This document shows, in pieces, positions 30,207 through 39,423 of a stretch of DNA of 64,000 nt. Origin of the DNA: an uncultured Actinomycetes bacterium. Lineage in GTDB: Bacteria > Actinomycetota > Thermoleophilia > Gaiellales > Gaiellaceae. The position numbers were made by a program, and so were the translations under genes. Numbering within the stretch: position 1 is the stretch's first letter; each line of letters starts with the position of its first letter. The stretch is taken from NCBI GenBank assembly GCA_963836345.1, contig CAWIJA010000007.1, positions 43,092-107,091 of the forward strand, given 5' to 3'. The notes beneath the pieces were generated by a model. The model made no database searches. It worked only from the letters and a program-made list of their open reading frames with translations, and was not told the origin of the DNA.

Positions 30207-30786
30207 CGCTGGATTCTCCTGAGGATTTCTGCAGCCCGGCGTTCTTCGTCGGGCCAAGGACCATCACCATGTTGCGCCCGTCGAGGAGCGGCGGCTGTTC
30301 GACCGCCCCGATCTCCTTCACGTCCTCCGCAAGCCGCATCAGCAGGTCACGCCCGCGTTCCGGATGGGACGTCTCGCGTCCGCGGAACATGATCGTCACC
30401 TTGACCTTCGCGCGCTGGTTGAGGAAGCGCTCGACGTGGCCCTTCTTGGTGTTGTAGTCGTGTACCTGGATCTTCGGTCTGAGCTTGATCTCCTTGACGT
30501 GGATCTGCGACTGGTGCTTCCGCGCCTGCTTGGCCTTCTGCTCCTGCTCGTAGCGGTACTTCGAGTAATCCATCACCTTCGCTACGGGCGGATCCGCCTG
30601 CGGCGCGATCTCGACGAGATCGAGACCCTTCGAGTACGCGTACTCGAGCGCCTCGGTGACCTGCTTGATCCCGACCTGCCCGCCGTTCTCGTCCACCAAC
30701 CTCACCCGCGGGACGCGAATCGCGTCGTTGATGCGGGTCTGGGGGACCGGGCGAACCGGAGGCTCCGGACTCCGCCGCGGTCTCAA
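30049..30786 (-). CDS. infC: translation initiation factor IF-3 (start and C-terminal end uncertain)
   Basis: [63 protein letters not shown]...[17 protein letters not shown]. The first possible start is TTG 30786, because an in-frame TAG lies at 30790-30792. The ORF has no stop until 30049, inside rpmI. Confidence 0.85.
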   Translation of the reverse strand: MRPRRSPEPPVRPVPQTRINDAIRVPRVRLVDENGGQVGIKQVTEALEYAYSKGLDLVEIAPQADPPVAKVMDYSKYRYEQEQKAKQARKHQSQIHVKEIKLRPKIQVHDYNTKKGHVERFLNQRAKVKVTIMFRGRETSHPERGRDLLMRLAEDVKEIGAVEQPPLLDGRNMVMVLGPTKNAGLQKSSGESSDAETEDAQRSEEAVQGDGGREAPAPPRDEEPPAGEEVAEAEAELPPTRAARG

Positions 30787-30820
30787 AGGCTATTCACCAA
30801 GCTCGCTTGCTCCTCCTTCT
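30783..30820 (-). promoter_or_regulatory. strong SD plus a 5-codon upstream ORF whose stop overlaps the infC TTG start
   Basis: Minus strand reads AGAAGGAGGAG-caagcgagc-TTG GTG AAT AGC CTT TGA, with the TGA overlapping TTG(30786) AGA CCG of infC (TTGA). Confidence 0.4.
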
Positions 30821-30833
30821 CGAACGACAAAGA

Positions 30834-30849
30834 CCGCTGCAAGCAGCGG
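30834..30849 (-). terminator. short GC hairpin followed by UCUUUGUCGUU between thrS and infC (weak terminator/attenuator candidate)
   Basis: CCGCTG-caag-CAGCGG, a 6-bp stem. On the minus strand it is followed by TCTTTGTCGTT. Confidence 0.3.
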
Positions 30850-30955
30850 CCCGATTTCTCACCAACAGACAATGCCTCGTCTGTCGACTCGGTTGAACCC
30901 CGCGCGGCCCCGAAGGCCGGGAGGTGAGGAACGGGTCGTCCCTGCTTGAGCAGAG

Positions 30956-32842
30956 TCACATCGTACCTAACTCTGCGAGCAGCTCGTCCAGGGACTTCGT
31001 CGACTGCTCGCCACCTCGCTCACGCACGGCGAGCGACTCGGGCGACTCACGGTCCCCGTAGACGATCACGTACGGGATCTTCTCGAGCTCGGAGTTGCGG
31101 ATCCGCTTGCCGACCGTCTCGTCCGAGTCGTCGACTTCGACGCGCACGCCGGCCTCCCTCAGCCGGCCGGCAAGGTCGGACACTGGGGCACGGTGGCTCT
31201 CGCCCACCGGCACGACGCGGACCTGCACGGGGGCGAGCCAGAGCGGCAGGTCGCCGGCGTAGTGCTCGAGCAGGATGCCGATGAACCGCTCGAGCGAGCC
31301 GAACAACGCGCGATGGATGACGAGCACCGGGTGCTCCACGTTGTCAGGCCCCATGTACTTGAGCCCGAACCGCGCCGGCATCTGCCGGTCGAGCTGGATC
31401 GTCCCGAGCTGCCATGACCGACCGAGGACGTCCTTCGCGTGGATGTCGATCTTGGGGCCGTAGAACGATCCCTCTCCCACGCCGAGGTCGTACTCCATCT
31501 GATTCCGCTCGAGCGCGGCCTGCAGCGCCGCCTCCGCGAAGTCCCACTCCACGTCGCTGCCGAGCTTGTCGTCCGGCCGGGTCGAGAACTCGGCCCGCGC
31601 CTCCAGCCCGAACAGGCCGTAGAGGTAGTCCAGGTAATCGATGCACGCGTCGAGCTCGTCCGGGATCTGCTCCTCCGTGCAGAAGATGTGCGCGTCGTCC
31701 TGGGTGACGTACCGGACCCGCGTCAGCCCGTGCAGCGCTCCGGCGAGCTCGTTGCGGTGGAGCGGCGCCGCCTCCGCGTACCGGAGGGGCAGCTCCCGGT
31801 ACGAGCGCAACTGGCTTCCGAAGAGCAACATATGCCCGGGGCAGTTCATCGGCTTGATTCCGTACACGTGCTCGTCGTCGAGCGGGATCAGGAACATGCT
31901 CTCCCGGAACTTCTCCCAATGGCCCGAGGTGACCCACAGCGCCTTGTCGTAGATGAGCGGGGTCTTCACCTCGAGGTAGCCGCGCTTGAGGTTCTCCCGC
32001 CTGCGGAGCGCCTCGAGCTCGTTGAACACGACCATCCCCTTCGGGTGCCAGAGCGGTGAGCCCGGCGAATGCTCGTCGAAGTGGAAGAGGTCGAGCTGCG
32101 CTCCGAGCCGCCGGTGGTCGCGGCGCTTCGCCTCCTCCAGCGCGGCCAGATGCGTGTCCAGGTCATCCTGGGTGTAGAAGGCGGTGCCGTAGACCCGCGT
32201 CAGCTGCGTGTTCCGCTCGTCACCTCGCCAGTAGGCGCCCGCGAGGCCGGTGAGCTTGATCGCCTTGATCGGCGCCGAGTCCTGGAGATGCGGACCTCTG
32301 CAGAGGTCGGTGAAGTCACCCTGCGTGTAGAGCGAGATGTCGCCCTCCGCGGTATCGACGAGCTCGACCTTGTACGGCTCGTGCTCGTCTGCGAAGCGCC
32401 GGCGGGCCTCCTCTCGCGAGATCTCCTTCCGCGTCCAGGCGCGTCCCTCCGCAAGCTCCCGGCGGATCTCGGCTTCGATGCGCTCCAGATCGCTTTCGTG
32501 GATCGGCTCGGGGAACTCGAAGTCGTAGTAGAAGCCGTTCTCGATCGGCGGGCCGATCGCGATCTTCACGCCCGGGTAGAGCCTCCGGACCGCCTCCGCG
32601 AGCAGGTGAGCGGTCGAGTGCCGCAACACGTAGAGCGCGGCCGGGTCGTTCCGATCGCGAGTGGTCAAGATCTGGATGTGCTCGCCGTCCTGGAGCGGCA
32701 GCCGAAGGTCGCGAAGGTCACCGTCCGAGCGGATGAGGACCGCATCTTTCGCCAGCTTCGGTCCGATCGCCCGCGCGGCGTCGAGCCCGGTGGCCCCCTC
32801 GGGGAGCTCGAGCTGGGAGTTGTCGGGCAGGACGACCTTCAC
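30956..32842 (-). CDS. thrS: threonine--tRNA ligase
   Basis: 628 aa with a TGS domain start (MKVVLPDNSQLELPEGATGLDAARAI), HSTAHLLAEAV, class II motifs and an anticodon-binding C-terminus. Confidence 0.95.
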   Translation of the reverse strand: MKVVLPDNSQLELPEGATGLDAARAIGPKLAKDAVLIRSDGDLRDLRLPLQDGEHIQILTTRDRNDPAALYVLRHSTAHLLAEAVRRLYPGVKIAIGPPIENGFYYDFEFPEPIHESDLERIEAEIRRELAEGRAWTRKEISREEARRRFADEHEPYKVELVDTAEGDISLYTQGDFTDLCRGPHLQDSAPIKAIKLTGLAGAYWRGDERNTQLTRVYGTAFYTQDDLDTHLAALEEAKRRDHRRLGAQLDLFHFDEHSPGSPLWHPKGMVVFNELEALRRRENLKRGYLEVKTPLIYDKALWVTSGHWEKFRESMFLIPLDDEHVYGIKPMNCPGHMLLFGSQLRSYRELPLRYAEAAPLHRNELAGALHGLTRVRYVTQDDAHIFCTEEQIPDELDACIDYLDYLYGLFGLEARAEFSTRPDDKLGSDVEWDFAEAALQAALERNQMEYDLGVGEGSFYGPKIDIHAKDVLGRSWQLGTIQLDRQMPARFGLKYMGPDNVEHPVLVIHRALFGSLERFIGILLEHYAGDLPLWLAPVQVRVVPVGESHRAPVSDLAGRLREAGVRVEVDDSDETVGKRIRNSELEKIPYVIVYGDRESPESLAVRERGGEQSTKSLDELLAELGTM

Positions 32843-32873
32843 TGCGACCAGGATACTTCGCGTTTCCCGGCGT

Positions 32874-33176
32874 CTACCGGCGCAGCGCGGCGCGCACGTC
32901 CGGACGGCCGAGCACCTCGACGAAGACGATCACGCCGTCGATCGTGTCGACGACGAGGTCTCCGACCGAGATCTGCTTCCCCCGTCGGAACCATCGTTTC
33001 AGCGGCCGGCCGGTGTAGAAGCTCCCGCAGCCTTCGACATCGCACCGGCAGACCGCGGAGATCCGGAGCGAGCCGACCTGCTCGGCGAGATCCGGCCGCC
33101 CTTTCCCCCGGAGCCCCTGCTCGAGCTCGGAAGCGACCGCCGGCAGCCTGTCGATGACCAGGGGCTCGTCGACCAT
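32874..33176 (-). CDS. hypothetical protein (100 aa)
   Basis: ATG 33176: MVDEPLVIDRLPAVASELEQGLRGKGRPDLAEQVG...CRCDVEGCGSFYTG... High GC3. No family recognised. Confidence 0.4.
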   Translation of the reverse strand: MVDEPLVIDRLPAVASELEQGLRGKGRPDLAEQVGSLRISAVCRCDVEGCGSFYTGRPLKRWFRRGKQISVGDLVVDTIDGVIVFVEVLGRPDVRAALRR

Positions 33177-33286
33177 CGGCGGAGTTGTAGCGCGCCTGCT
33201 ACGGTGCCCGGCGAACAAGAACGAGTACCGACGACGCGGTCCAGCGCCTTCTCTACCCGTTCGTGAGTGGTAAGGGAGGTGTTCAC

Positions 33287-33496
33287 ATGGCTACCGGTAC
33301 CGTCAAATGGTTCAACGCTGCGAAGGGGTACGGGTTCATCACGCCCGACGAGGGCGGCAAGGACCTGTTCGTCCATCACTCGCAGATCACCGGCGAGGGC
33401 TACAAGTCCCTCGACGAGGGCGCCCGGGTCGAGTTCGAGGCCCGCGAAGGGCAGAAAGGCCCCGAGGCGACCGGCGTCACGCCCGTCGCGAGCTAA
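33287..33496 (+). CDS. cspA: cold-shock protein (CspA family)
   Basis: [47 protein letters not shown] (RNP1/RNP2). Confidence 0.95.
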   Translation: MATGTVKWFNAAKGYGFITPDEGGKDLFVHHSQITGEGYKSLDEGARVEFEAREGQKGPEATGVTPVAS

Positions 33497-33506
33497 GACC
33501 GGCACC

Positions 33507-33533
33507 GTGTGCCTCGCATCTCGCGAGGCACAC
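33507..33533 (+). terminator. perfect 11-bp hairpin downstream of cspA (no U tract); also contains the only canonical in-frame start for infA
   Basis: GTGTGCCTCGC-atctc-GCGAGGCACAC. Confidence 0.45.
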
Positions 33534-33778
33534 GCCGTTCAAGAGAGGAGCACACCGTCCCGAGCAAGGAAGAGAAGATCGAGTTCGAAGGAGAGGTCGT
33601 CGAGGCCCTTCGCAGCGGCATGTTCCGGATCAAGCTCGACAACGACCACGAGACCCTCGGCTACACAGCCGGGAAGATGCGCCGATATCGGATCAGGATC
33701 CTGCCGGGCGATCGTGTCAAGGTCGAACTGTCGCCGTACGACCTGACCCGAGGACGAATCGTCTTCCGGTTCAGGTAG
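33509..33778 (+). CDS. infA: translation initiation factor IF-1 (start uncertain)
   Basis: [70 protein letters not shown] 33509 would add about 16 aa to the normal IF-1 N-terminus. Confidence 0.85.
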   Translation: MPRISRGTRRSREEHTVPSKEEKIEFEGEVVEALRSGMFRIKLDNDHETLGYTAGKMRRYRIRILPGDRVKVELSPYDLTRGRIVFRFR

Positions 33779-33841
33779 CGCGCGCGCACCGTTTGGCGCA
33801 GCGCCCCAGGGGTACCCCCTCGAGAACGAAAGGGGGGACCG

Positions 33842-34255
33842 ATGGGGAAGATCATTCGCGACGTCATGACGCCGAGCCCGCAGACGGTGCAGGCGGGCAG
33901 CCCGGCGACCGAGGCGGCGAAGCTGATGAAGGAGGCCCACGCAGGGATGATTCCTGTGGTCGAGAATGGCCGCCTGCTCGGGGCCGTGACCGACCGCGAC
34001 ATCGTTCTGCGGGTCGTCGCCGAGGGGAAGGACCCGATGTCGACGACCGCCGGGGACATTGCCTCGATCGACCTGATCACCGTCACGCCGGATCAGGATC
34101 TCGACGAGGCGATGAAGCTGATGGCACGCCACCAGATCCGGAGGCTGCCGGTTGTCGAGGACGGACGGCTGATCGGCGTCGTCGCACAGGCAGACGTCGC
34201 CCGCGCGGGCGACGAGCGCCAGGTCGGCGAGACGGTCGACCAGATCTCGAGGTAA
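33842..34255 (+). CDS. CBS-pair domain protein
   Basis: Two CBS motifs: DVMTPSPQTVQAGSPATEAAKLMKEAHAGMIPVVENGRLLGAVTDRDI and ...AMKLMARHQIRRLPVVEDGRLIGVVAQADV. Confidence 0.85.
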   Translation: MGKIIRDVMTPSPQTVQAGSPATEAAKLMKEAHAGMIPVVENGRLLGAVTDRDIVLRVVAEGKDPMSTTAGDIASIDLITVTPDQDLDEAMKLMARHQIRRLPVVEDGRLIGVVAQADVARAGDERQVGETVDQISR

Positions 34256-34391
34256 GGCCGCAGTTCAGCGTCGGCGGTTGTCCGGTGGCGCTTCGAGGAA
34301 GGGGGTCGTGTCGGGGCGGCATGACCGCTCAGAAGAAGGCCGCGGGCCGCAAGGGCGGCCGCGCGGCCGCCCGGAAGAGCTAGGAACGCGC

Positions 34392-34419
34392 CGGGGCCTT
34401 CGCCTGCGCGGAGGCCCCG
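34392..34419. terminator. 12-bp hairpin between convergent genes
   Basis: CGGGGCCTTCGC-ctgc-GCGGAGGCCCCG (one G-T wobble). Confidence 0.5.
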
Positions 34420-34423
34420 CGGC

Positions 34424-36946
34424 TCAGGTGGCGAGCGCGACGATCCACGTCAGCGTCCGCGTGCGTCCGTAGGCGTCGGTCGCGGTCAGCGTCACCGTGT
34501 AGCTTCCCGGCCCGAAGAGGAAGGGCCCGAGAGCGAGCCGCGCTGCGCGCCCGAGGAAGTGCTGGTTGACGAGAAGCTTCCCGCCCCGCTTGACGCGGAT
34601 ACGCATGTCCGAGATCTGGTTGGCCTTGGCGTGGAGGGTGACCGACCAGACGTCGCCGGTTCGCGTCACGCTCGGCGCCTCGCGGGTGAGGACGAACGGA
34701 GTAGCCGTCGCGGCGGCTCCGCAGCGGCCGAGACACGCGTTCCAGCGCAGCACGCGACCCGCAAGCCGGACCTCGAACCTGTAGAGGCCGGACTTGGCGA
34801 CCGGGAAGGGGCCGATCGTCGCCCGTCCCGCGGCGACGCGGAGCGAGAGGGACGACGCGACGCGTCCGGCTCGAAGCCCACGAACGCGGGCAATCCCGCC
34901 CTGGGTGGTCGCGAAGCGCAGGGTGACGCGGAAGCCGCCCGCCGCGCGCCTGACGACCGGCGAGCCGAGCGAGGTCAGCACCGCCTTCGGCGCCGGAGGT
35001 CCTGTGGCCGCGCCAGAGAACCTCGCGCCGACCGTCTCCGCGGCGCTCAGGGTCACGGTGCAGGTCCTCTTCGTGCCTGCGCAGGCCCCGCTCCAGCCGA
35101 GGAAGGACGAGCCGGCGAGCGGAGTCGCGGTCAGCGTCGCCTTGGCACCCGCCTTGAAGCTCTGCGTGCAGGTCTTCTGAGCGCCTGTCGACGAGCACGC
35201 GCCGGCGGAGGTCGAGACACTGCCGCGTCCGTTCACAGCCAGGGTGAGGGTGCCGGGCGCTCCGCCGCCGGTGAACGTCGCGGTGACGCTCTTCGCCGCG
35301 GACATGGTCACAGCGCACGTCCTCGCCGTCCCCGTGCACGCACCGCTCCAGCGGCTGAAGAGTGCGCCCGAGGCGGGAGCCGCGGTCAGCGTCACCGTCG
35401 ACCCCGCCGTCTGGCCCGCGCTGCACGTCGAGCCCCCGTTGCCACAGCTGATGCCGCCGCCCGTCACGCGACCGGCTCCCGTCACGGAGACCGAGAGCTG
35501 AAAGGTCGAGGTGCCGCCGGCGAAGGTCGCCGAGACGCTCCTCGCGCTCGTCATCGTCACGGTGCAGGTCGGCGCCGTCCCCGTGCACGCCGCTCCCCAC
35601 CCGCTGAAGGTCGCACCTGTCGAGGGCGTGGCGATCAGGGTGACCGAGGCGCCCGGCGATTGATTGCTGTTGCAGAGCGAGGCGGTGCTACCGCAGTTGA
35701 TTCCGCCCCCGGTGACGGTGCCGTTTCCCGTGACGACGACGCTGAGCGCGAAACCGGTGGTGCCCCCCGGGCCGCTGCCGCCGGTGAAGGTCGCCGTGAC
35801 CGTCTTGGCAGCGCTCATGAGGACCGTGCAGGTGGTCGCCGTTCCACCGCAGGCGCCGGTCCAGCCTGCGAAGATCGCGCCCGTCGTCGGGCTCGCGACG
35901 AGCGTCACGGTCGCGTTCAGCGCAAACGTCCCCGAGCAAACGGAGGCACCGTTGCCGCAGTTGATCGCACCGATCCCTCCCGTGACGCTGCCGTTGCCGG
36001 TGACGGTCACGGTCAAGGGGATGGCGAGCGTGAAGGTCGCCGTGACCGACCTGTCGACGTCCATCGTCAACGTGCAGGTGTTGCCGGTCCCCGAGCACGA
36101 GCTCGTTCCGGTCCAGCCCGTGAAGACGTAACCCTCCTTGGGGCTTGCCGTCAGGGTCACCGTCGTGCCGGGGGGGATCGGCTGCGTACACGTGGCCGGC
36201 CCTGCGCAGTCGATGCCTCCACCGTCCACGGTGCCGCTCCCGGCGACGGAGACGGTCAGGAGCTTGGCCGTATTCGTGCTCGACTTGGACCACGAGGCAC
36301 CGAGCGCCTTACTCTGGGATAGCTCCACCGTGCAGGCGTTTTGGGCGTCGCTGCAGGCCCCGCTCCAGCCGTTGAACACGAAACCGGGATCCGGCGTTTC
36401 GAGCACGGTCAGCGTCGAGCCGGTCAGGACCGTCCAGGAGCAGTCCGTTGCGTCGTCACTCGAGTTCGCGGTCGGGCCGGAACCGCAACTGATCTGTCCT
36501 CCGCCGGTTACGTCGCCGCCGCTGTCGAGAATTGTGTCGGCGTCCGTGTCGACGAGTGTGGCGCTGACGGACAACGTGCTTGTCGTCGTTCCCGGCCCGT
36601 TGAACCGAGCCGTCACTTCGTAGTCGGTCGCGCCACTGAGCTCACATGTGTCGCCCGAGCAGGCTCCTGCCCAGCTGTCGAAGTGCCAGTCGTTCGCTGA
36701 GTCCTTCCAGACGAGCCTGATCGTCCCCGCGCCGCTGGTAAAGGCAACGTGACAGGTCGTCTTCCCGTCGCCGCATTCGATCCCGGACGGGCCGACGCTC
36801 GACACCCGGCCCTTGCCGATCACCTGCACAGTGACGGTCGTGGTCGCGAGCGAGCGGCCGCCGGCGTCGCCCACGCCGAACGCGAGGACGGAAAGGAGAA
36901 TCAGCGGCGCGAGAATCCGTCTCACAGGAAAGGCTCTCCCCTGCAA
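34424..36946 (-). CDS. secreted protein with about 7 divergent InlB B-repeat domains plus a conserved C-terminal domain
   Basis: Signal peptide, then repeats of the form L(T/S)V.V.G.G.V.GGGI.CG...C......G..VTLTA.P..G..F.GW.GAC.G....CTVTM.....V.ATF. TTG 36946 or GTG 36925 start. Confidence 0.7.
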   Translation of the reverse strand: MQGRAFPVRRILAPLILLSVLAFGVGDAGGRSLATTTVTVQVIGKGRVSSVGPSGIECGDGKTTCHVAFTSGAGTIRLVWKDSANDWHFDSWAGACSGDTCELSGATDYEVTARFNGPGTTTSTLSVSATLVDTDADTILDSGGDVTGGGQISCGSGPTANSSDDATDCSWTVLTGSTLTVLETPDPGFVFNGWSGACSDAQNACTVELSQSKALGASWSKSSTNTAKLLTVSVAGSGTVDGGGIDCAGPATCTQPIPPGTTVTLTASPKEGYVFTGWTGTSSCSGTGNTCTLTMDVDRSVTATFTLAIPLTVTVTGNGSVTGGIGAINCGNGASVCSGTFALNATVTLVASPTTGAIFAGWTGACGGTATTCTVLMSAAKTVTATFTGGSGPGGTTGFALSVVVTGNGTVTGGGINCGSTASLCNSNQSPGASVTLIATPSTGATFSGWGAACTGTAPTCTVTMTSARSVSATFAGGTSTFQLSVSVTGAGRVTGGGISCGNGGSTCSAGQTAGSTVTLTAAPASGALFSRWSGACTGTARTCAVTMSAAKSVTATFTGGGAPGTLTLAVNGRGSVSTSAGACSSTGAQKTCTQSFKAGAKATLTATPLAGSSFLGWSGACAGTKRTCTVTLSAAETVGARFSGAATGPPAPKAVLTSLGSPVVRRAAGGFRVTLRFATTQGGIARVRGLRAGRVASSLSLRVAAGRATIGPFPVAKSGLYRFEVRLAGRVLRWNACLGRCGAAATATPFVLTREAPSVTRTGDVWSVTLHAKANQISDMRIRVKRGGKLLVNQHFLGRAARLALGPFLFGPGSYTVTLTATDAYGRTRTLTWIVALAT

Positions 36947-36988
36947 CGCTCGCGGAGCTTACGCATTACAACAGGCATTTGCTACGCA

Positions 36989-38951
36989 TCAGGGGAGGAC
37001 CGCGACCCACGCCAGCCCACGGACCCGGCCGAAGGCGTCGGTCGCGCGCAGCCGCAGCGTGTAGTTGCCCGGCGAGAGCAGGAACGGCCCGGCGCTCACG
37101 AGCCCTGACCGCGAGGCGAACCGCACATCGCGGGCAAGTCGCTTGCCGCGGTAGATACGGAGGCCGACACCGGCCGGCTGCGTCGAGCCGAAGTGGATGC
37201 TGACCGACCACAAGGCGCCCGCGTCGATCACGGTCGCCGCCCGGCGCTCGAGCGTGAAAGGCCCGGCGACCCGGCCGGCCGCCTCGCCGCAGCGGCCGAG
37301 GCAGGCATGCCAGCGAAGCGCACGTCCAGATTGGGTCAGCTCGAAGGCGTAGAAGCCCGCCTTGGCGAGCGGAAACGGGCCGACGGCGGCAAGGCCCGGC
37401 GCGGCGGCGAACGAGAAGGCGGTCTCCAGCCTTCCTGCACGCAGCGCCCGCACACGTACCGTTGCGCGCCGACTCGTTCGAAAGCGGAGCGTGACGGAGA
37501 AGCCGGTTCGCGTCCTGGTGACGACAGGACGACCACGGCTGCGTAAGCCCTCACCGGCTCCGGCGGATCCGGGGGTGGACGCGAACCGGGCCGAGACGGT
37601 CTTCGCCGTGTTCATCTCGACTGTGCACGTCGGGATCCCGCCGGTGCACGCGCCGCCCCAACCAGCGAACGACCAGCCTGCGGCGGGGACTGCCGTCAAC
37701 CCGACGCTCGAGCCCTGGGTTTGCGACGCGCTACAGCTGTTTGCTCCGTTTCCGCACCTGATGCCGCCGCCGCTGACGGTGCCCCGGCCGGCCACCGACA
37801 CGGTGAGTGGAACCTCAGTCGACGCGCCACCCGAGAACGTGGCGTTCACGGTCCGGGCGCTGGACATCGTCAGCGAGCACGTCGGGCTTGTTCCCGAGCA
37901 CGCCCCGCCCCAGCCCTCGAAGGCTCCGCCTTCGGCGGGTGTCGCGGTCAGGGTCACTGCCGATCCGGCCGGCTGGTTCTCCGAGCAGACCGAGCGCCCC
38001 GCGCCGCAGCTCACGCCGCCTCCGGTGACCGTTCCCTCGCCGGACACCGAGACGGTGAGCGGAAAGGTCGACGGGGCCACACCACCACCGCTGCCGGTGA
38101 ACGTCGCGGACACGGTCTGGTCGCTCGACATGGTCAACGTGCACGTCGTTGCCGAGCCCGCACAGGCGCCGCCCCAGCCGGTGAATCCGGCGCCGGAGCC
38201 GGGGGTTGCAGTCAGAATCACCGTCGAGTCGGTCGTCTCGTCGGCGCTGCACTGGGAACCGCCCGCCGACGTGCATGCGATGCCGCTGCCTGTGACCGTC
38301 CCGTTTCCGGCGACTGTCACCGTCAGCTTCTTCGTCGCCGCAGACTTCGCGAATGCCGCATTGACGGTCTGAGACGAGCTCATCGTCACCGTGCAGCTGA
38401 CCGTAGTTCCCGAGCAGGCTCCTCCCCAGCCGGTGAAGTCGTACCCGTCGTCGGGCTCCTCGACCAGCGTCAGCGTCGACCCGGTGTACACACTCGATGT
38501 GCAGTCGGTCTCGCCCGCGTCGCAGTCGATGTCGCCGCCGGTGATCTTCCCGCCGTCTGTGCCGCTGCCGGTGACGTGAACGGTCAGCGTGCTCGTGCCC
38601 GGCGACGTGCCGGGCGTGAACCCCGCCGTCACGTCGTGGTCACCGCCGTCGAGGGCGACCGTGCATTCGTTGTCGGTCGCGCCCGCGCAACCGGTCCAGG
38701 CGTCGAACGTCCATCCGCTTGTGTCGTTCGCGGTCAGCTCGACGGACCCGCTCGTCGCGCTGCTCGTGAAGTAACAGGTACGCCGCCCCGGAACCGCACG
38801 TAATCTGGCCCCCGTCGCTCGTGACCTGGCCGCCGCCGATCACCTGGACGGAAAGCGTCGTCGTGGCAAGGGTTCTCGCGCCTGCGCCTCCGACCCCGAG
38901 CGAGAGCGCCGCGAGGAGCACGAGAGCCCAGCTGGAAGGCGTCCCCCTCAT
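36989..38951 (-). pseudogene. paralogous secreted InlB-B-repeat protein (about 5 repeats), frame broken after the first half-repeat
   Basis: ATG 38951 gives MRGTPSSWALVLLAALSLGVGGAGARTLATTTLSVQVIGGGQVTSDGGQITCGSGAA, then junk. The frame of track ORF 36989..38632 continues upstream as CYFTSSATSGSVELTANDTSGWTFDAWTGCAGATDNECTVALDGGDHDVTAGF. 1-nt indel near 38778-38783. Confidence 0.6.
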
Positions 38952-38971
38952 GCCATCGGGCAGCTTACGAC

Positions 38972-39403
38972 TTAGAACGTGTACGAGCGCTGGCGGCTGA
39001 GGAAGAAGCCGTGCCCCGCCCTGTTCTTGCAGCGCAGACCGGTTGCCTGCGAGAGGCACGTGAAGGGTCCCTTCCTCCACGTCTTTCCGTACTGGAGAAC
39101 GGGAGCCCGCGGATCCCGCGCGGTGTCGCCCGCGCAGAACGGCCGTGCACGACCGGTCGCGCCGGACATCGAGTAGCCGTACCCCCAGTCGAGGTCGCAA
39201 TTCTTCGGCCGGCGCGGCAAGGGATGCAAGCCCCCACCGATGTCACAGCGTAGGTACGGCTTGTCCGTGGCAGCGAAGGGGGTCACGTAGACGCAGCCGA
39301 TGTTCTTGGACGGCGTCTGGAAGAACGACGTGCTGCCTGCCGCCGCTGCTGCAGCCACACCGGCGGCGACGATCAGAGCAACGCCGGCGAGGACGCGGTA
39401 CAC
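38972..39403 (-). CDS. secreted Cys-containing hypothetical protein
   Basis: GTG 39403: VYRVLAGVALIVAAGVAAAAAAG (signal/TM), then FFQTPSKNIGCVYV...YLRCDIGG...CDLDWGYGY...FCAGDT...FTCLSQATGLRCKN. Confidence 0.5.
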   Translation of the reverse strand: MYRVLAGVALIVAAGVAAAAAAGSTSFFQTPSKNIGCVYVTPFAATDKPYLRCDIGGGLHPLPRRPKNCDLDWGYGYSMSGATGRARPFCAGDTARDPRAPVLQYGKTWRKGPFTCLSQATGLRCKNRAGHGFFLSRQRSYTF

Positions 39404-39423
39404 GGCCCGAATCGTAGTTCGGA

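Noticed and set aside
34321-34383. 20-codon ORF MTAQKKAAGRKGGRAAARKS downstream of the CBS gene, containing two GCGGCCGC sites.
   Set aside because: There is no convincing SD at proper spacing. It is very short and low in complexity, and lies in the tail of a junk frame. I cannot support it from sequence alone.
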